From Rhizodiscina lignyota (lineage: Eukaryota): a stretch of DNA of 64,000 nt. The stretch lies in NCBI GenBank assembly GCA_010015805.1, contig ML978136.1, forward strand, positions 496,001-560,000. Reading direction: 5' to 3'. The notes beneath the pieces were generated by a model. The model made no database searches and had not been told where the DNA came from. It saw only the letters and a program-made list of their open reading frames with translations. The translations under genes and the position numbers were made by a program. Below, piece after piece: positions 1 through 12,354 of the stretch (within the stretch, counting starts at the first letter, position 1; each line of letters starts with the position of its first letter).

Positions 1-1085
1 CGCACCCTTGCAATCGCAGCCCAAGCTGAGGCTGTTGGTCATATATCCACCACCATATTCGCCGAGGTCGAAAGCGTGCTTTCGCTGATGAGGATGCTCG
101 GGGTTACCATACGGAACGACCATCTCCGCGAGGGATATCCTCCAGAAAACGGGTCTTTCTGTGCCCTTGTCGTTGAACGTGATGTTGGATAATACGATGC
201 CCTCACGGTAATTGAAGCCCACATGGACCTTCCAGTTCTGCCAGCTGATCACTCGGCCATCAAGAGTAAAGCTAACTCCCTCCGGCTGCGTGATATTGAT
301 GGGTTTCAGGTCTTTCCGAAAGCCGCCCTCCTTCTGAATGGAAATGGCGTCGTAGTTATTCGGCGGAGCTTTGCTGAGTGGACGCCTGACTTCTGGCACA
401 TCGATATGGATAATCTCATGAGTGTCGGCATTGAAAATTGGGCAGAAGTCGAGTGGATACGCGTATTGGCAGTCATCCATATCAGGACGATAGTACATGA
501 GGGCTTGTTGGAGGCGAATGCTGCTGCCAAATCGCTCGTCGTAACCGATTGTCCAAGCTGCCGTCTCATGTCAGTTTCCCGGCAAGGTTTGAAGAGCTTC
601 CGGGAGTAACACTTACGGTCACAGTAAACTTTGTGCATATCTTCCGGCGGAATGCCAATCAATCCACACTGCTCGATGACCTTAGGATCCTTCCTTGCTA
701 TACCCTCCACAAGCTGCAGGTCCTGCATCGAAATGAGAGGCTGCACGCCCGGCGTCTCTTGCCAAGTGATCACTTTCTCCTCCGCGAGATCAACTACTCC
801 ATCGTACACCTTGCTGCCTCTTCCAATCGCAACAATGTCGGCGCGTCGACTTGGTCGTGTATGGCGCGTCGGATTCTGCACCCAAGCCATCATCTCCGCC
901 TTGGGCGGCTCCCACAGCGTGACAGCGTTGAAAGAGAGGCCATTCCGGACCAAATCAGTCTTTTCCTTTCTCACAATCGCAACAGCCTTCTCAATCTCCT
1001 GCTCGCTGAGAGGGTCGAATGGATATGGAGTGGGTGTTGTGCCAGTAATTTGAGAGGCGAAGGATTTCAAGCGTTCGACGGCCAT
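1..1085 (-). CDS. Copper-containing amine oxidase (peroxisomal primary amine oxidase type), 5' part; gene continues beyond the left window edge
   Basis: ATG at 1085 (MAVERLKSFASQ...PFDPLSEQEI). Intron 558-616 (GTAAGT...CAG) joins VYCD|PWTIGYDERFG. Downstream reads WQNWKVHVGFNYREGIVL, SLAEMVVPYGNPEHPHQRKHAFDLGEYG and SLSLGCDCKG, all typical copper amine oxidase motifs. Confidence 0.95.
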
Positions 1086-1824
1086 TGCGGCGATCGGATG
1101 AGGGTAGAATGGTCTCCTGTGTGGGTATTGTCCTGTCTCTAGCTACGATGCGCTCGCGCGTAAGCTGTCAGTGTCGTCTAAACTCTGCGTGCTTCCAGTA
1201 AATCACAGCAGTCAATTGACAGAGATATCAGGAGGGACGACGTTAGGAAGTTAAAGAAGATCAATTGCCCTATATACTCAACAAGCTCTACAGCGGAGGG
1301 GTCGTCGGAGGGGCGAACAGCTTTATCGCTGCACATTATCGCTCGGATTCACATTCCCAATCCGGCAAATCCATGTGTGCGACAGGCGGAGTCGCGCTTC
1401 TGCGCGCCCGACACGGAAGTCTGGAACATCGAGTGGATTTCATGACTGTATTTGCTATAATGGGGAGCGAGAGACAAACTTTGACGGCTCGGAGGGTGGA
1501 GGGAAGTAGAAAGGTTCATCGAAACAAGGAAGTAGCGAAAAGGGGTACGAGACACTTCCGAAGTAAGCCCGGTGTGTGATTGGAATGAGCGACTTCTCAT
1601 CGACTTCTACCCAATGCACGCTGTCATGAGGCTTCCCTTGTCTTCAACACAATCCTTCAGACGTTGATTGCGAGAGAAATCTCATACAATTCTTTTGATG
1701 GCTATCCTTCTTCGAATTAAGCAGGTGGAACTGCCCAAATATTCAAAATTTTAATGTAACTAAACGACAGACTTAACAGGGCAAGATCCGTCACCTCAGC
1801 TGGATTTTAATGTTATCTTCAATC

Positions 1825-2341
1825 TCAAACATTCTCATCCGTCACACCTGGAAATCCTGGCGGCATCTTCTGGAATGCCGCACATTCACCCCCGACGCCA
1901 GCATACCACGTTGCCCTCTTGCTCACCCAAACCTCCGCCCCTGGTGCAAAAGCATCCAGTCCACCTTCATCTAGCACTCCCGTCTTAATCGTGACATATC
2001 CGGGATTTGAGCCGCTGACCGCCCAGAGCACGCACGAACAAGTCGGACAGAAGTGCAGGGTAGCTGGCATTCCGCTGCCGGTTGTGTTTATAGTATACGT
2101 CTTGACTTCGCCGTCAACTTTGAACTTTGACTCGGAGACCACGGCATTGGTTGAGAAGGCAGAGGCTGTGATTTTCTTGCAATTCCCACAGTGGCAAAGG
2201 CCCTGTTAGACAGTGAGTGCTTGGAACGGATATGGTTGTAATGTGGAAAATTGTTTTCGACAAGCTCACCTGGATCATCGGCTCGTCATCGAAGGAAATC
2301 TTGACCGCGCCGCAGATGCAGCTTCCACTTCCAGTTGTCAT
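1825..2341 (-). CDS. GFA/Mss4-like (glutathione-dependent formaldehyde-activating family) zinc protein
   Basis: Exon 1 MTTGSGSCICGAVK..., intron 2203-2269 (GTGAG...CTAACAG), exon 2 GLCHCGNCKK...HFCPTCSCVLW. The CxC, CHCxxC and FCxxC pattern is characteristic of the GFA family. Confidence 0.88.
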
Positions 2342-3224
2342 TTTGAATAGGATGATGATAAAGTGTATTCTACTAGGTGTCGGACTAACAAGCCTTAAAG
2401 ATTTTCAAACGCACGGCAAGCTAGTTAGGCCACGGAACTCAGCACTATATATTCGATCTGTGCCTGGCATTGTTTAACGTGAAGCATAACTTTGTAGGAT
2501 TTAATAGTGTTGTTTTGTTCTGCCTGTGTCAGCTGTGATATGTCCGTTCGGTAAAGGCGACGACGGGTTAGCACCACTCTTTCGAAGACCTGGGCGATGT
2601 TCGACGAGCGAGCAAGCTGAAACCCAGAAATCTTCGAATCCTGACCGCAGCGCATTCCTCCGTTTAGAAAAACATGTGAACTTTACACGGTCCACGTGAC
2701 GCAATTGGACGGCTCGTGAGGAAGTTCAGCTGCGTAAGACGGATCGCGGAGATATCCTAACGTTATGCTTACGAGCCATCTTCCATTCATCGGTTGCAGT
2801 ACAAGAGAGCAATTCAGCAATACAGCAATTCAGCAATACGCAGTCAACAAGATGGAGCATCAATAAGCACGAAAAGCCGCCGAGAGAGAGTCGAACGTTC
2901 AAATAAGGTTTGGTGGAGGCAGGCCACCTGCACAGGAAAAGGGAAAGTCCACCATCACGTGGAATTGCGTTTTATTACTGATCACTATCTAATACATATC
3001 GAGGATCTCACCTATAGTGCAAAGGGTAATACAAATTAGGTAGCAGACGAAGAGGTCTGTAAGAAAAGCGATGTGGGTCTGAAAGCCTCGATCTTTATAT
3101 CCAGATTCTTATTCCACGTTCGTACATTTGAGCATATCCCCTGAATCTAGCGAAGCCTGTCGGTGAATGTTCCTCTAGCAATTTGTGATCAAACGTCGTA
3201 GTGGTTATATCAACAGCTCGCGAC

Positions 3225-3761
3225 TCATGTCTTCAAGTCAGGGCCGCCAGATGTCAACTTTAACGGCGACTTCTCGTCGGCTTCGCCTAGCTCAACTTCG
3301 ACAAGTGTCTTTGCATCCTCCACCATTTCTGTGTCTGCTACATCAACATCCTGTCTGTTTGGTTTCTCTTCCTGCCCATCGGCCCGCTCACTAGCATTGA
3401 GAGCGCGTGTCAGCCAACGGATCTCGTCATCATCCAAGTCTGCCAATGCTTTTGCCAGCACTGCGGCGACTCTTTCTTTCGCGCATCCCCTCCCACCCCT
3501 ATTTCGTTCCCGTAGCTCAGAGCGTATAATATCGAGCTTCTCGTTCGCGACCTCTATCGAGCGATGCGAAATGGCCACAAGCAAGAGAGCAGTTCCGTGA
3601 GTCGCAAGCACCAGGAGCCAGTTGACCGGCAGGCATTTAACCGTCGAGGAAAGGTGCACTTGCTTTTGACGTTCTCGAGCAAGTAGGTGCTGAGTTGACT
3701 GGGTGCTCATGCGCATGCGATATTTGGAGGAATTGAAGAAGAAAAACTCGCTTGGTCGCAT
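3225..3761 (-). CDS. Hypothetical protein (C-terminal half looks coding; start uncertain)
   Basis: 178-aa ORF. The charged, helical-looking C-terminal half (EKLDIIRSELRERN...LADLDDDEIRWLTRAL) looks protein-like. No family recognised. Confidence 0.3.
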   Translation of the reverse strand: MRPSEFFFFNSSKYRMRMSTQSTQHLLARERQKQVHLSSTVKCLPVNWLLVLATHGTALLLVAISHRSIEVANEKLDIIRSELRERNRGGRGCAKERVAAVLAKALADLDDDEIRWLTRALNASERADGQEEKPNRQDVDVADTEMVEDAKTLVEVELGEADEKSPLKLTSGGPDLKT

Positions 3762-4660
3762 CTTAAATATCTGGCATGCGAAGATAGTTGAAGAGTACTC
3801 TGTTACTCAAAAATTCAACGCTAAACTGGAGTAAAGGAGCAGGCTGTGAACGTGCCTTATCACTGTGATAGACCTACAGTGCTTCCTTCATATTTTGATA
3901 TGTCCCGCAGAAAGCAGTGTTGCATTCCAACTTGTTTACGCTCAAAGGATTCCGGTGAGCACAACCATGTCTCTCTGGCCCAATTCTGACGTCGCTCTGC
4001 ATACTCGCGTAGATTGTGAGCTACACTACATATCTTACTGCCCGCTGTCCGAGAACATTAATATCACCACTGTTCATTGATCAATGTACTTCTGCAAAGT
4101 ATTGATCGAGTTGTTCTATGGCCATCGATTCGACCTTGTATGCGAGAAGCGCAGCAACTGCACAAAGTACATATGTATATAGCAAGGAAGTTGGAAAGGC
4201 TGGAGAGATCTTGGACAGGATCTGGAAAGGGATCCACGATTACGTGCAAGCATACTCATAGATCCATAGGTTCCGCCAAGTGCAAGGTAAGATGTGTACA
4301 GCCAGAGGATTGCCAGAGCCGCTTGACAATTGCAAGCGGAAATAGAATTACCGGCCACGACGTCAAATGCGCATAACGCTATACACATGAACAAGTCCAC
4401 ACCAGGAAATGCTCAAAGCCGCAGAACCAGCCTTCAGCACCAGTGCCATGAAAACCCATGCTACATTCCCTTTTGCAATGCCCAATACTCCATTTCTCGA
4501 AACACCCCACTGCTATCCGGTCGATCATGAGGTGCAGGTCAGTCGTCGATGCCGTCTAAAAAAAGTCTTTCCAATCCCTATCCCTCCGATATCCCCATCG
4601 ACCCCAGAACTGTGGCGGCTCCAGGTCCCGCAAACGCCCTACAGCACAGCCATGTTAGCG

Positions 4661-6347
4661 TTACTTAGGACCCTGGGGATGTTGAAATTGACCGAACACG
4701 CCACCATGCTGCTGCATCGATGGATGCTGCTGGCCACCTCCATGTCCACCACCACCTTGCCCGTGATGCTGTGTGTGCGCACCATATGGTCCGCCCGGGC
4801 CTGGGTTCGGCGTACCGCTCTGACCCACGTGCAGGGATGCCTGCTGGCCTGTCGGCGTGCTGGGCTCGCCTCTATGCAGCGTTGGCGTTGCTCCGGTGTG
4901 AAAGCCCATCATGTTTCCCTGACTCATGGAATTTTGCTGGCCGTTGGTGCCTTGCACCTGACCTTGTGCCTGATTCTGCGCCTGAGCGAGCACAGCAGCT
5001 TGCGATGTCGCGGATGCCGGCGCGCCCACACCAGTGAGGCCCCACATCTGGCCGTTCATATCCTCTGGCAGCTGGCCGTCGAAGATTTTGTTGCGCATCT
5101 GCCAGAAGACCTGTCCCGTCAGCCAGGCATCACTGCCAGCAGTGTGCTGAGTACCCGTGCGCTGGCAGCCCAGTTCATCGGCAAGGTCTTGCAGGCCAGA
5201 TTTGGTACCCAGACTCGAGATAATACCGACGCCGGCTTGAGAGACCTGCGCGCGTTGAGAGGGATTCATGAGGAAGCGCTGTGCTTGGCGTAGGATGAAT
5301 TTAACGTCGTAGAGGTTCGGAAAGAATATTTTTACGAGCTTGCGGTACTGCTCTTCGTCCATTGGAAGTGGTTGCGCCCACATGAGCTTGATGAGATAGG
5401 CAAAGTCGTATCCGGAGTGGAAGGAGAGCCATGTGACATCGTCGGAAAGGGCTAGTCCTGAGGTTATTAACAGAGAGCCGAATTCCACCGGATCTATGCC
5501 AGCCGTTGCATGCTTCTCGAAATCGGCGCCTTGCTTCTTGAGCATAGATATTGAGTCACTGTTGTACATGTCTGCATCGGTGGAGAATTCGAAGTTGAAC
5601 TGCCAGGTGCAAGGGCACATGACGAGATTGCCTTGGTAGCCTGGGAGTCTGTTGGTCTGGGTAAGGTTTGAAGTTTCGATCGGTTGCGCAGGAGGTATGT
5701 CGCCGTCCATCGAGAAAAGAGTGATGCCGAGTTGGATGATTTTGAGGAGGTCTACATTGCAGCGGAGGGTCTGGTAGTGGTAGGAGGCTTTCGTCGTGAA
5801 CTCGCCCATCGGTCGTGCTACTACGCCTGGGAACTCAGTATCCTGTGGAGCCATTAGTCACGGTAAAGTCCATCTCAAGGATTGCTGCGCGAATACATAC
5901 CATGCTGATGTACGGATATCGATCTACAAGTGTTCGCAACAGCGCAATCTCTTGCGCAAGGTTCGATTTCCAGACTTCCCGTATCCTGCTGTTTGCGCCT
6001 TTTGTGACCGGCCCACCCATTGCTGCCTCATAGGCTTGCTGTTGTTGCATTCCCGCCGCGTGGAAGCCGGACTGTGCAGCGTGACTCGAAAGACCGGATC
6101 CTCCACCGCCTAAACCACCGCCACCACCATAATTTCCTGCATGTATGCCCGCATTTCCTCCTGATAGCCCAGGATGGCCTGGATTCTGTCCGCCAAAGCT
6201 CGGGTGCATGCCATAGTTCTGCTGGGGTAGGTTGCCTCCGCCGGGGTGCTGTAAAGGCGCCTGCTGGAGATGGTGCTGATTGAGATTCTGGAAAGGGTTC
6301 GAAAGATTCGGCATGTGTTGAGTGTACCTGCTCACCGCCGGCGGCAT
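4661..6347 (-). CDS. POP2: CCR4-NOT deadenylase subunit Caf1/Pop2 (DEDD RNase)
   Basis: Two exons; intron 5843-5900 joins YPYISM|DTEFPGVVARP. Further motifs: YQTLRCNVDLLKIIQLG, TWQFNF, FHSGYDFAY, HTAGSDAWLT. Both termini are Q/G-rich low-complexity sequence. Confidence 0.96.
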
Positions 6348-6775
6348 CGTGAAGGAAAGGCGACGGCGTGAGAGGGAGAAGGGTTTCTCGTTATCGCGTG
6401 CTCATACGGTCGTGGGTCGTGATTGTGGTTCAGAAGGGATTGAAGATTGCAGAGGGCGTCAAAATTCGTTTCCTGGAGCGATCGCATGAGCTTGTATAGA
6501 GGAGATTGGGCGCTACGCGAGACAGAGTGCGAGAGGTGTTGCTGGGGTGCTGCGTGAAGGTCGCAGGATCGCAGAGTCGAGGTCGGCGTGTCTCCGCCGG
6601 CGCGCCAAGCCCTTCCGCCGCTCGTCAAAGCTCCTTGCTCTCCGGCGGCAGCAACCTCACTCCATCTCCAAGACACCAACATTTGCACAGCCATTGTGCC
6701 TCACAACAAAGGTCTGTAGCATCACGGCATCTTTGAGGTGTATTTGGAACTGATCGTTCTCACAGAAAAGACACA

Positions 6776-7061
6776 ATGGCGCCCAGGACCAATCTCACTG
6801 GCTTCGACCCGCAAAAACTCGCGGCCGCTTCAGGCTCACCTGCGAATGATCCGTGGGCGCGGCGGTACGCACAGTATCTACCCAAAGACAGTCAGGCAGT
6901 AACTGACCATGTTCCTTAGAGAGGCATGGCGATATAGCGGTCCTTTCACACGATTCAACCGATTCAGACGGATGTTCCCTGGCCTCGGTATTGCGACGGT
7001 AGCCTTTGGTGCATATCTCGCCTACGACTTTGCAACTGCGCAGGAGGAGCACCATCACTGA
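6776..7061 (+). CDS. NADH:ubiquinone oxidoreductase (complex I) B12 subunit, NDUFB3-like, 76 aa
   Basis: Not in the ORF track. Exon 1 6776-6864 reads MAPRTNLTGFDPQKLAAASGSPANDPWAR; intron 6865-6919 (GTACGC...CTGAC...TAG); exon 2 reads REAWRYSGPFTRFNRFRRMFPGLGIATVAFGAYLAYD...HHH*. DPWxRxEAWRY followed by FPG and one TM helix is the B12 signature. Confidence 0.9.
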
Positions 7062-8069
7062 GTCTAGACGAACATCGCTCTGGGAGTAGACATATAACCC
7101 AGTCTTTGCAAGAAGATGGCAGCATTTGAGTGGCGTTTGGGCATTATTTTCTGAGAAAGATGTCTTGCAAACTGTATATACATCAAAATGCGAGATGGCT
7201 TTCCTCTGGCATTTGTCGAGCATATCTTACTTGCCAGTGGTAGAGCTTCGTTCGCCCCGTACCTACCGAGTGCTGTTATCTGTTCCGCTCGGGCCTGCTC
7301 ATTCGGTCCGAGTTTGGCAATAATAGGGCTTCGTTCCATAGAGGTGCAAGTATCGCGACGGCGTTTCCACGTTATGTCACTTGTTTGACGAAGTAGAGTG
7401 ACTCAAATATGCTCCAACGAGTGCTGCGTGTGCACCCGGCAATCAACGGAGGCGCACGGAGAAGCAGCCGGTCCAGGGCAGCCGTACATAAGCGCGAACA
7501 AGCGCAACCCACAGCTTCAGTTCTCCATCATCCTCTGCATGTGCTCTTCGTGCGCATGACTAAACGCTGACAAAGGTTGCAAGCACCTCCAACACAACGA
7601 CGGCGTCACGTTGCAAGGGATTCTGCCCAGAGCGAACCTTCGCCTGTAGACTATCGGGCTAGCGCACGTGTGTGCCCCGATGTGGCACAGATGGACGGAG
7701 CTTGCTTTTCACGCGCGAGCGCGAGCCAGAGCTTCCCTCGCCCGACTTCGCGCTTTCGCGAAGCTTTAGAGCCTGCCTTCCTTCAAGGCTCTTTCCTTTG
7801 GGCCTGTTCATTCAACCGACCCCGATCCCTAGCTTGAGTTTGTTGCAAATGAAGGCTTGCTAGCGCCCTGTTTTCAACCTCACCTCACACCTTTGCTAGC
7901 CGTTATCGGGTCTTAAGCTCTGCAATTGCGGCCGAATCGAAGCCCCGAAATCCGTAACGCGTGTTGATATTCAAAGACTCTAAACTTTTCGTACTTAACG
8001 TGAATCCCTCAAACTTTCACGCCTATAAATCTATCTCTTAGCCTTCTGGACTCCTTCTCAATTGCCAAA

Positions 8070-9081
8070 ATGTCTTGTCCTCAGTGTTTCAGTGGCCACA
8101 AAAACCCCGACACACCGAAAGGACGTGTCGAGAAGATCCACGGTCTCTCAACTTACATTGCGGAGCCAGCTGAAGGAACTCCAGTGAAAGGTATTGTCAT
8201 CATTGTTCCGGATGCCTTTGGCTGGGAGTTCGTCAACAACCGCATCCTGGCCGACCACTACGCCTCAGCTGGCGACTTTCGCGTATACCTGCCGGACTTC
8301 ATGAATGGTGTGCTGATTACTGCTGAAGTGGCAAAGTATTGGATTTTGATCTATCTTCACAGGTTGCGCCGCACCGGTTTGGATGATGGAGTCGATGGGC
8401 ATACTCACAGGCCCAGGACACATGCTTTCGAAGCCGTAAGAGCATCTGGTTTCCTCTGGGTGTTCAGTCATCTAACATTCTCAAGGTATCATTTGGTTTG
8501 CACCGCATATAGCTTCATTACCTTCCTCACCCTCAACCGTGGCTCTGTCACCTGGCCACGAATCACGTCGTTCTTCAAAGCAGTCCGTGAAAATGAAGGC
8601 GCTTCTCTCCCAATTGGCACAGCGGGCTTCTGTTGGGGTGGGAAACACGTCGTGAACCTTGCTGACGACGCCATTAAGGTATGTTGAATCATTTGCTTAT
8701 CGCATATATTCCAAGCAAGGTCTCCATGCAAGGCTCTCACATCTACAGCCCTCCAACTCCAGACCCCTTGTCGACGCTGTCTTCACCGCTCACCCCTCTA
8801 ATCTTGCTATCCCGGGAGAAATCGAGAAAGTGGTCAAGCCTATCTCCCTGGCTGTTGGCGACAAAGACTTCGTGCTCAACCTCAAGGGCGTCGAAGACAT
8901 CAAGAAAATCTGGGCAGGAAAACCAGATGTCGACACGGAGGTCAAAATCTACGAGGGCGCGGGCCATGGATTTGGTGCGCGTGCGGATCCAAATACGAAG
9001 GAAGCGGTGAGGCAGGCAGGGGAAGCAGAGACGCAAGCAGTTGACTGGTTCAAGAAGCAATTTACAAAGGTGGTGTACTAG
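8070..9081 (+). CDS. Dienelactone hydrolase family protein
   Basis: MSCPQCFSGH start, PDAFGW, VYLPDF, GFCWGG nucleophile motif, TAHPS, GDKD and YEGAGHGF. Three introns (about 8308-8362, 8436-8485, 8679-8748). Confidence 0.92.
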
Positions 9082-9705
9082 AGAAAGAAATGATGCAACA
9101 TGCATAGACTGGCGGGATCTGCAAATGGAACGGCAATTCGTGGCATTGAGAGAGCGTCAGATCGATTGACTATGGTTTTCTTACTCATTTTGATTCCTTG
9201 ACATGGTCACTTCTTTGGTAAAGGAGCTCTCTGGAATGATCTTGTTTTGTACTCGGCGAAAGCCACGACTTTATATTCACTTGATTCACTCCAAGATGAA
9301 GTTTTCTATGGACGAGGGGTATTCTATTTCAGCTGCTAATTGTGAGGGATGGTGGGAGACTCGCTGCCTAGTACACCTCCGACGAGAACAAGCCGTAGCT
9401 AAGGCACGGTGGCAGTAGAAGCGCATCACTCGGTCACTTCACTCTCCTACCACTTGGCTGCCTATCATCCGCTGCGTGACGTGGTCATGCGCACTTCCGC
9501 GTAGCAGCGGCTAGCATTACAGCGCCATACGTCATAGGTTGCTTCAAAGCCTATATATGCTTCTTCTTCCTGTTCGATCTCCCTTCTTTCTTTCTTTCTT
9601 TGGCCGAACACAACTTTTCGTAAGTTCAACCACAGAGCTCCAAACAGATACAGAGACTCCATCAGCTGATTAACCTATTTCTGTAGAACAGCTCACTTCA
9701 GCAAA

Positions 9706-10815
9706 ATGCCTCCTCGTATGTCTCCAAACTCTTGTGCAAACTTATTCGCGCTTTTCATACTTGCCTGTTCATGACTTACTACACGCTCTGCCAGGACCTG
9801 TTGGCTCCGCTCTCGGCCGTACCAAGTCCCTCAGTGACTTGCAAGAACTCAACCTCTCTGACAGCCCTCCTCCCTCCCCTCCTCCTCCCCCATCCTCCCT
9901 GGAAGCAGACCGCCAAAAGTCGCGGGATGACTGGATCAAGCGAGGCACCGAGCTGAACGACGCAATGGGCCTCAAAAGCATCAGAGCAACGGAGATTTAC
10001 CTCTCCATGCTCGGTGGCCCTCGCATGCACAGCCGCAGCCCGTTTACGCAGTACTCGGAGCAGGACGCAAACGGCTGGATCGTGAAGAAGTACCGTGTTC
10101 TCGAGCAGGAGGATCTGGACGACCTGACAAGCATGTTCGCCCATATTGGCGCGTCAAACAAGATGGCCGATAACGTGCCGGTCAGTTGGATCCACACGGG
10201 CAAGACAGAGGCGTACCCGGTCAGTATCTCTCCTTTTAGTTATCACAAGTACGGTTTTACCAACACCAGGATCAAGGCACCGGCGCCACGTACAGCAACG
10301 CGTTCAACGCGAAAGGAGGTCTCATCCTCTCCCTCGACAACGAGAATCCCGAGTACCACGGCCGGAAGCGCGGCGAGCCATACAGGTCAGCGGAGGTGCC
10401 GGGGCTGCGGCATTGGTCGGACGCGGTGTTCCTCGAATGGTCGAAGCAGGCGGGCGACGCAGCGAAGAACCTCAAATGGGTCTTCGTGAAAGACGTCATT
10501 GAGGAGAGCACGCGCGCTCTCATGGTCGAGATACTGTTCGAGCTGGGCCTGCAGCTGCTGCCGCTATTCAAGGACGTCGAAGAGATCGACCCGCAGTCCG
10601 AGCATGGCGAGATGCTCGTCGGAAGTCCCACTGGCAGAGGCATCGCATGGCTTCTGATCCAGCACAAGGCCGAGCTGGGGAGGAAGAAGATCGCGGGCAT
10701 CCGGTTCTTCCGGGACGATGGTGCGCCGGAGGGGGTGGTGGCGAGGGGGTATGAGGGGCGTATTCAGCCCAAGGCATTCTTTAACATGCTGTTCAGGCTT
10801 GAGGACATTGAGTAG
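9706..10815 (+). CDS. Uncharacterised fungal protein
   Basis: A 10-nt first exon (ATGCCTCCTC|GTATGT) splices into the 9734 frame. Intron 10220-10269 joins to DQGTGATYSNAFNAKGGLILSLDNENP...LRHWSDAVFLEW...LVGSPTGRGIAWLLIQHKAELGRK. GC-rich, coding-like codon usage. Confidence 0.75.
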
Positions 10816-12354
10816 GGGCTTGACGATCAGTTTGATTTGGATAGAAGAATGGAATTCCGAACTTGCTATAGACTTCCGATGACAGTGCAACTTGATGTGA
10901 AGAACGAAAACCGCAACAGGTATGTGCTTACAGTCATGATGCGCTTATGCAGAACGACGGACTATTGCATATATATATGAGCCTTCAGCCACTATACCTT
11001 CGCATGGACGAAGAGAATGCCATATAGAGAGACGAACTTCTACGTATGGTACGCTCTTTGACGAAGAGTGGAGTGCGAGGAGCAACGGTTTGAGGTAGGG
11101 AGCGAGGAGCAGGAGCGGAAGAACTGGAAGCTCCATGGCAAAGTATATCAGCCTGCAATAGCTACATGGAACGAGGGGAGACTTGACGATAAGCCTCGCG
11201 TCAAATACGATCTACCAACAAGAAGAGCGCTGTATTAGGGGGCAATTCGCTTACGTGTACACTACCTGGCATACGTAGTGTATCACCCATACAATACATC
11301 GGGCATCAGGAGGGGCTAAAGACCAGCCAAAGTCTTAAAACAACCTGACTAATATAGGGTTATATCTCCTTTTCTAGAGACTACAGTCTATAAACCGCGG
11401 AATTGAAAATACCAAGCAGCACTGCGTGGTATAGTTAATGGTATATATATGTACTGTGCGCCTAAGCTCGTTTACGGTGTGTCATGGTTATGCAAAGGGT
11501 GGCTTAATAGGTACGGAATTCGTTCGGCCCCTGGATGAAACTCTCCGAAGGAGAGATACTTAGATAGATTGCAAGCTTCCAGCAATGGTCATACAGCACG
11601 TGAAGACAGCAAACTCTAATCTAACGTGAAGGTGCAGTGATAGTCTTGCCCACTCGGAAGAATGCAGTCTCGGATACCTTCAGAGCTTCGCGCGAGAGTG
11701 TTGCGCGCCGTGAAGAACGAAGTCTCCCAGACCGTACATAATTCCAATGACGCTCCAACCTGTCTTAAAGAGCGGAACGGCCAGCCTTGCATAGGCGTAT
11801 AATCACCCATTCATTGAATGCTTCCGACAGCCGCGGGGGATCTTACGCAAGTTCAACTGGGTATCTCCGTCTCTATAAAGAAGGGAATGTGCTATCCGCC
11901 AGAAACTTGCATTCATGGTTTCGCTTGTTACGAAGGACGGAAATTGCACAGAGGAATGAGCCTCCAGTGACAGTCCGGCTTCCTTGGAAGAACGAAATTA
12001 TTTTCCCGGATAGGCATACAGCCATGATCCACTTCGGCGTAGAGAAAAGGCACATCTAATATATAGCCAAGTTTTCCTTACTATCTCAGGAAGATAGAGG
12101 ATGGATAAATAGAGAGCAAAACTGCGCCGATCACTGCAATACATTGCCATGGAAGCCACTTCATCTTTGGCAGCTCAGTTGATTTTGGCGGACGTATGCG
12201 TTCTTACGGGTCACGGCGTAGCTCACAATAGAAACTGACTTCCTGAGATATGTTCGCAGCGATATCGTCGGCGGTCTCCGACACAGCCAAAATTCAGTTT
12301 ATTCTTCCGCAGGACTTTGGCAAGCATAGCTTTACAAAAGCCAAGGAGATGGCC

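Noticed and set aside
2806..2842. Short CAGCAAT-type tandem repeat (also a CTTCTCAATG duplication near 62568-62590 and a GYGYGY codon repeat near 39672-39695)
   Set aside because: Only two to four copies with no spacers; ordinary slippage repeats, not CRISPR-like or otherwise informative.
4409..5293. 294-aa + strand ORF, and similar long ORFs antisense to the amine oxidase, KNR4, PTH1, HSF1, VPS45 and exonuclease genes
   Set aside because: Antisense shadows of well-supported genes, with no recognisable motifs.
11330..11470. TA-rich patch suggesting a RIP-mutated transposon relic
   Set aside because: Too short, and no terminal repeats or transposase/RT remnants are recognisable.
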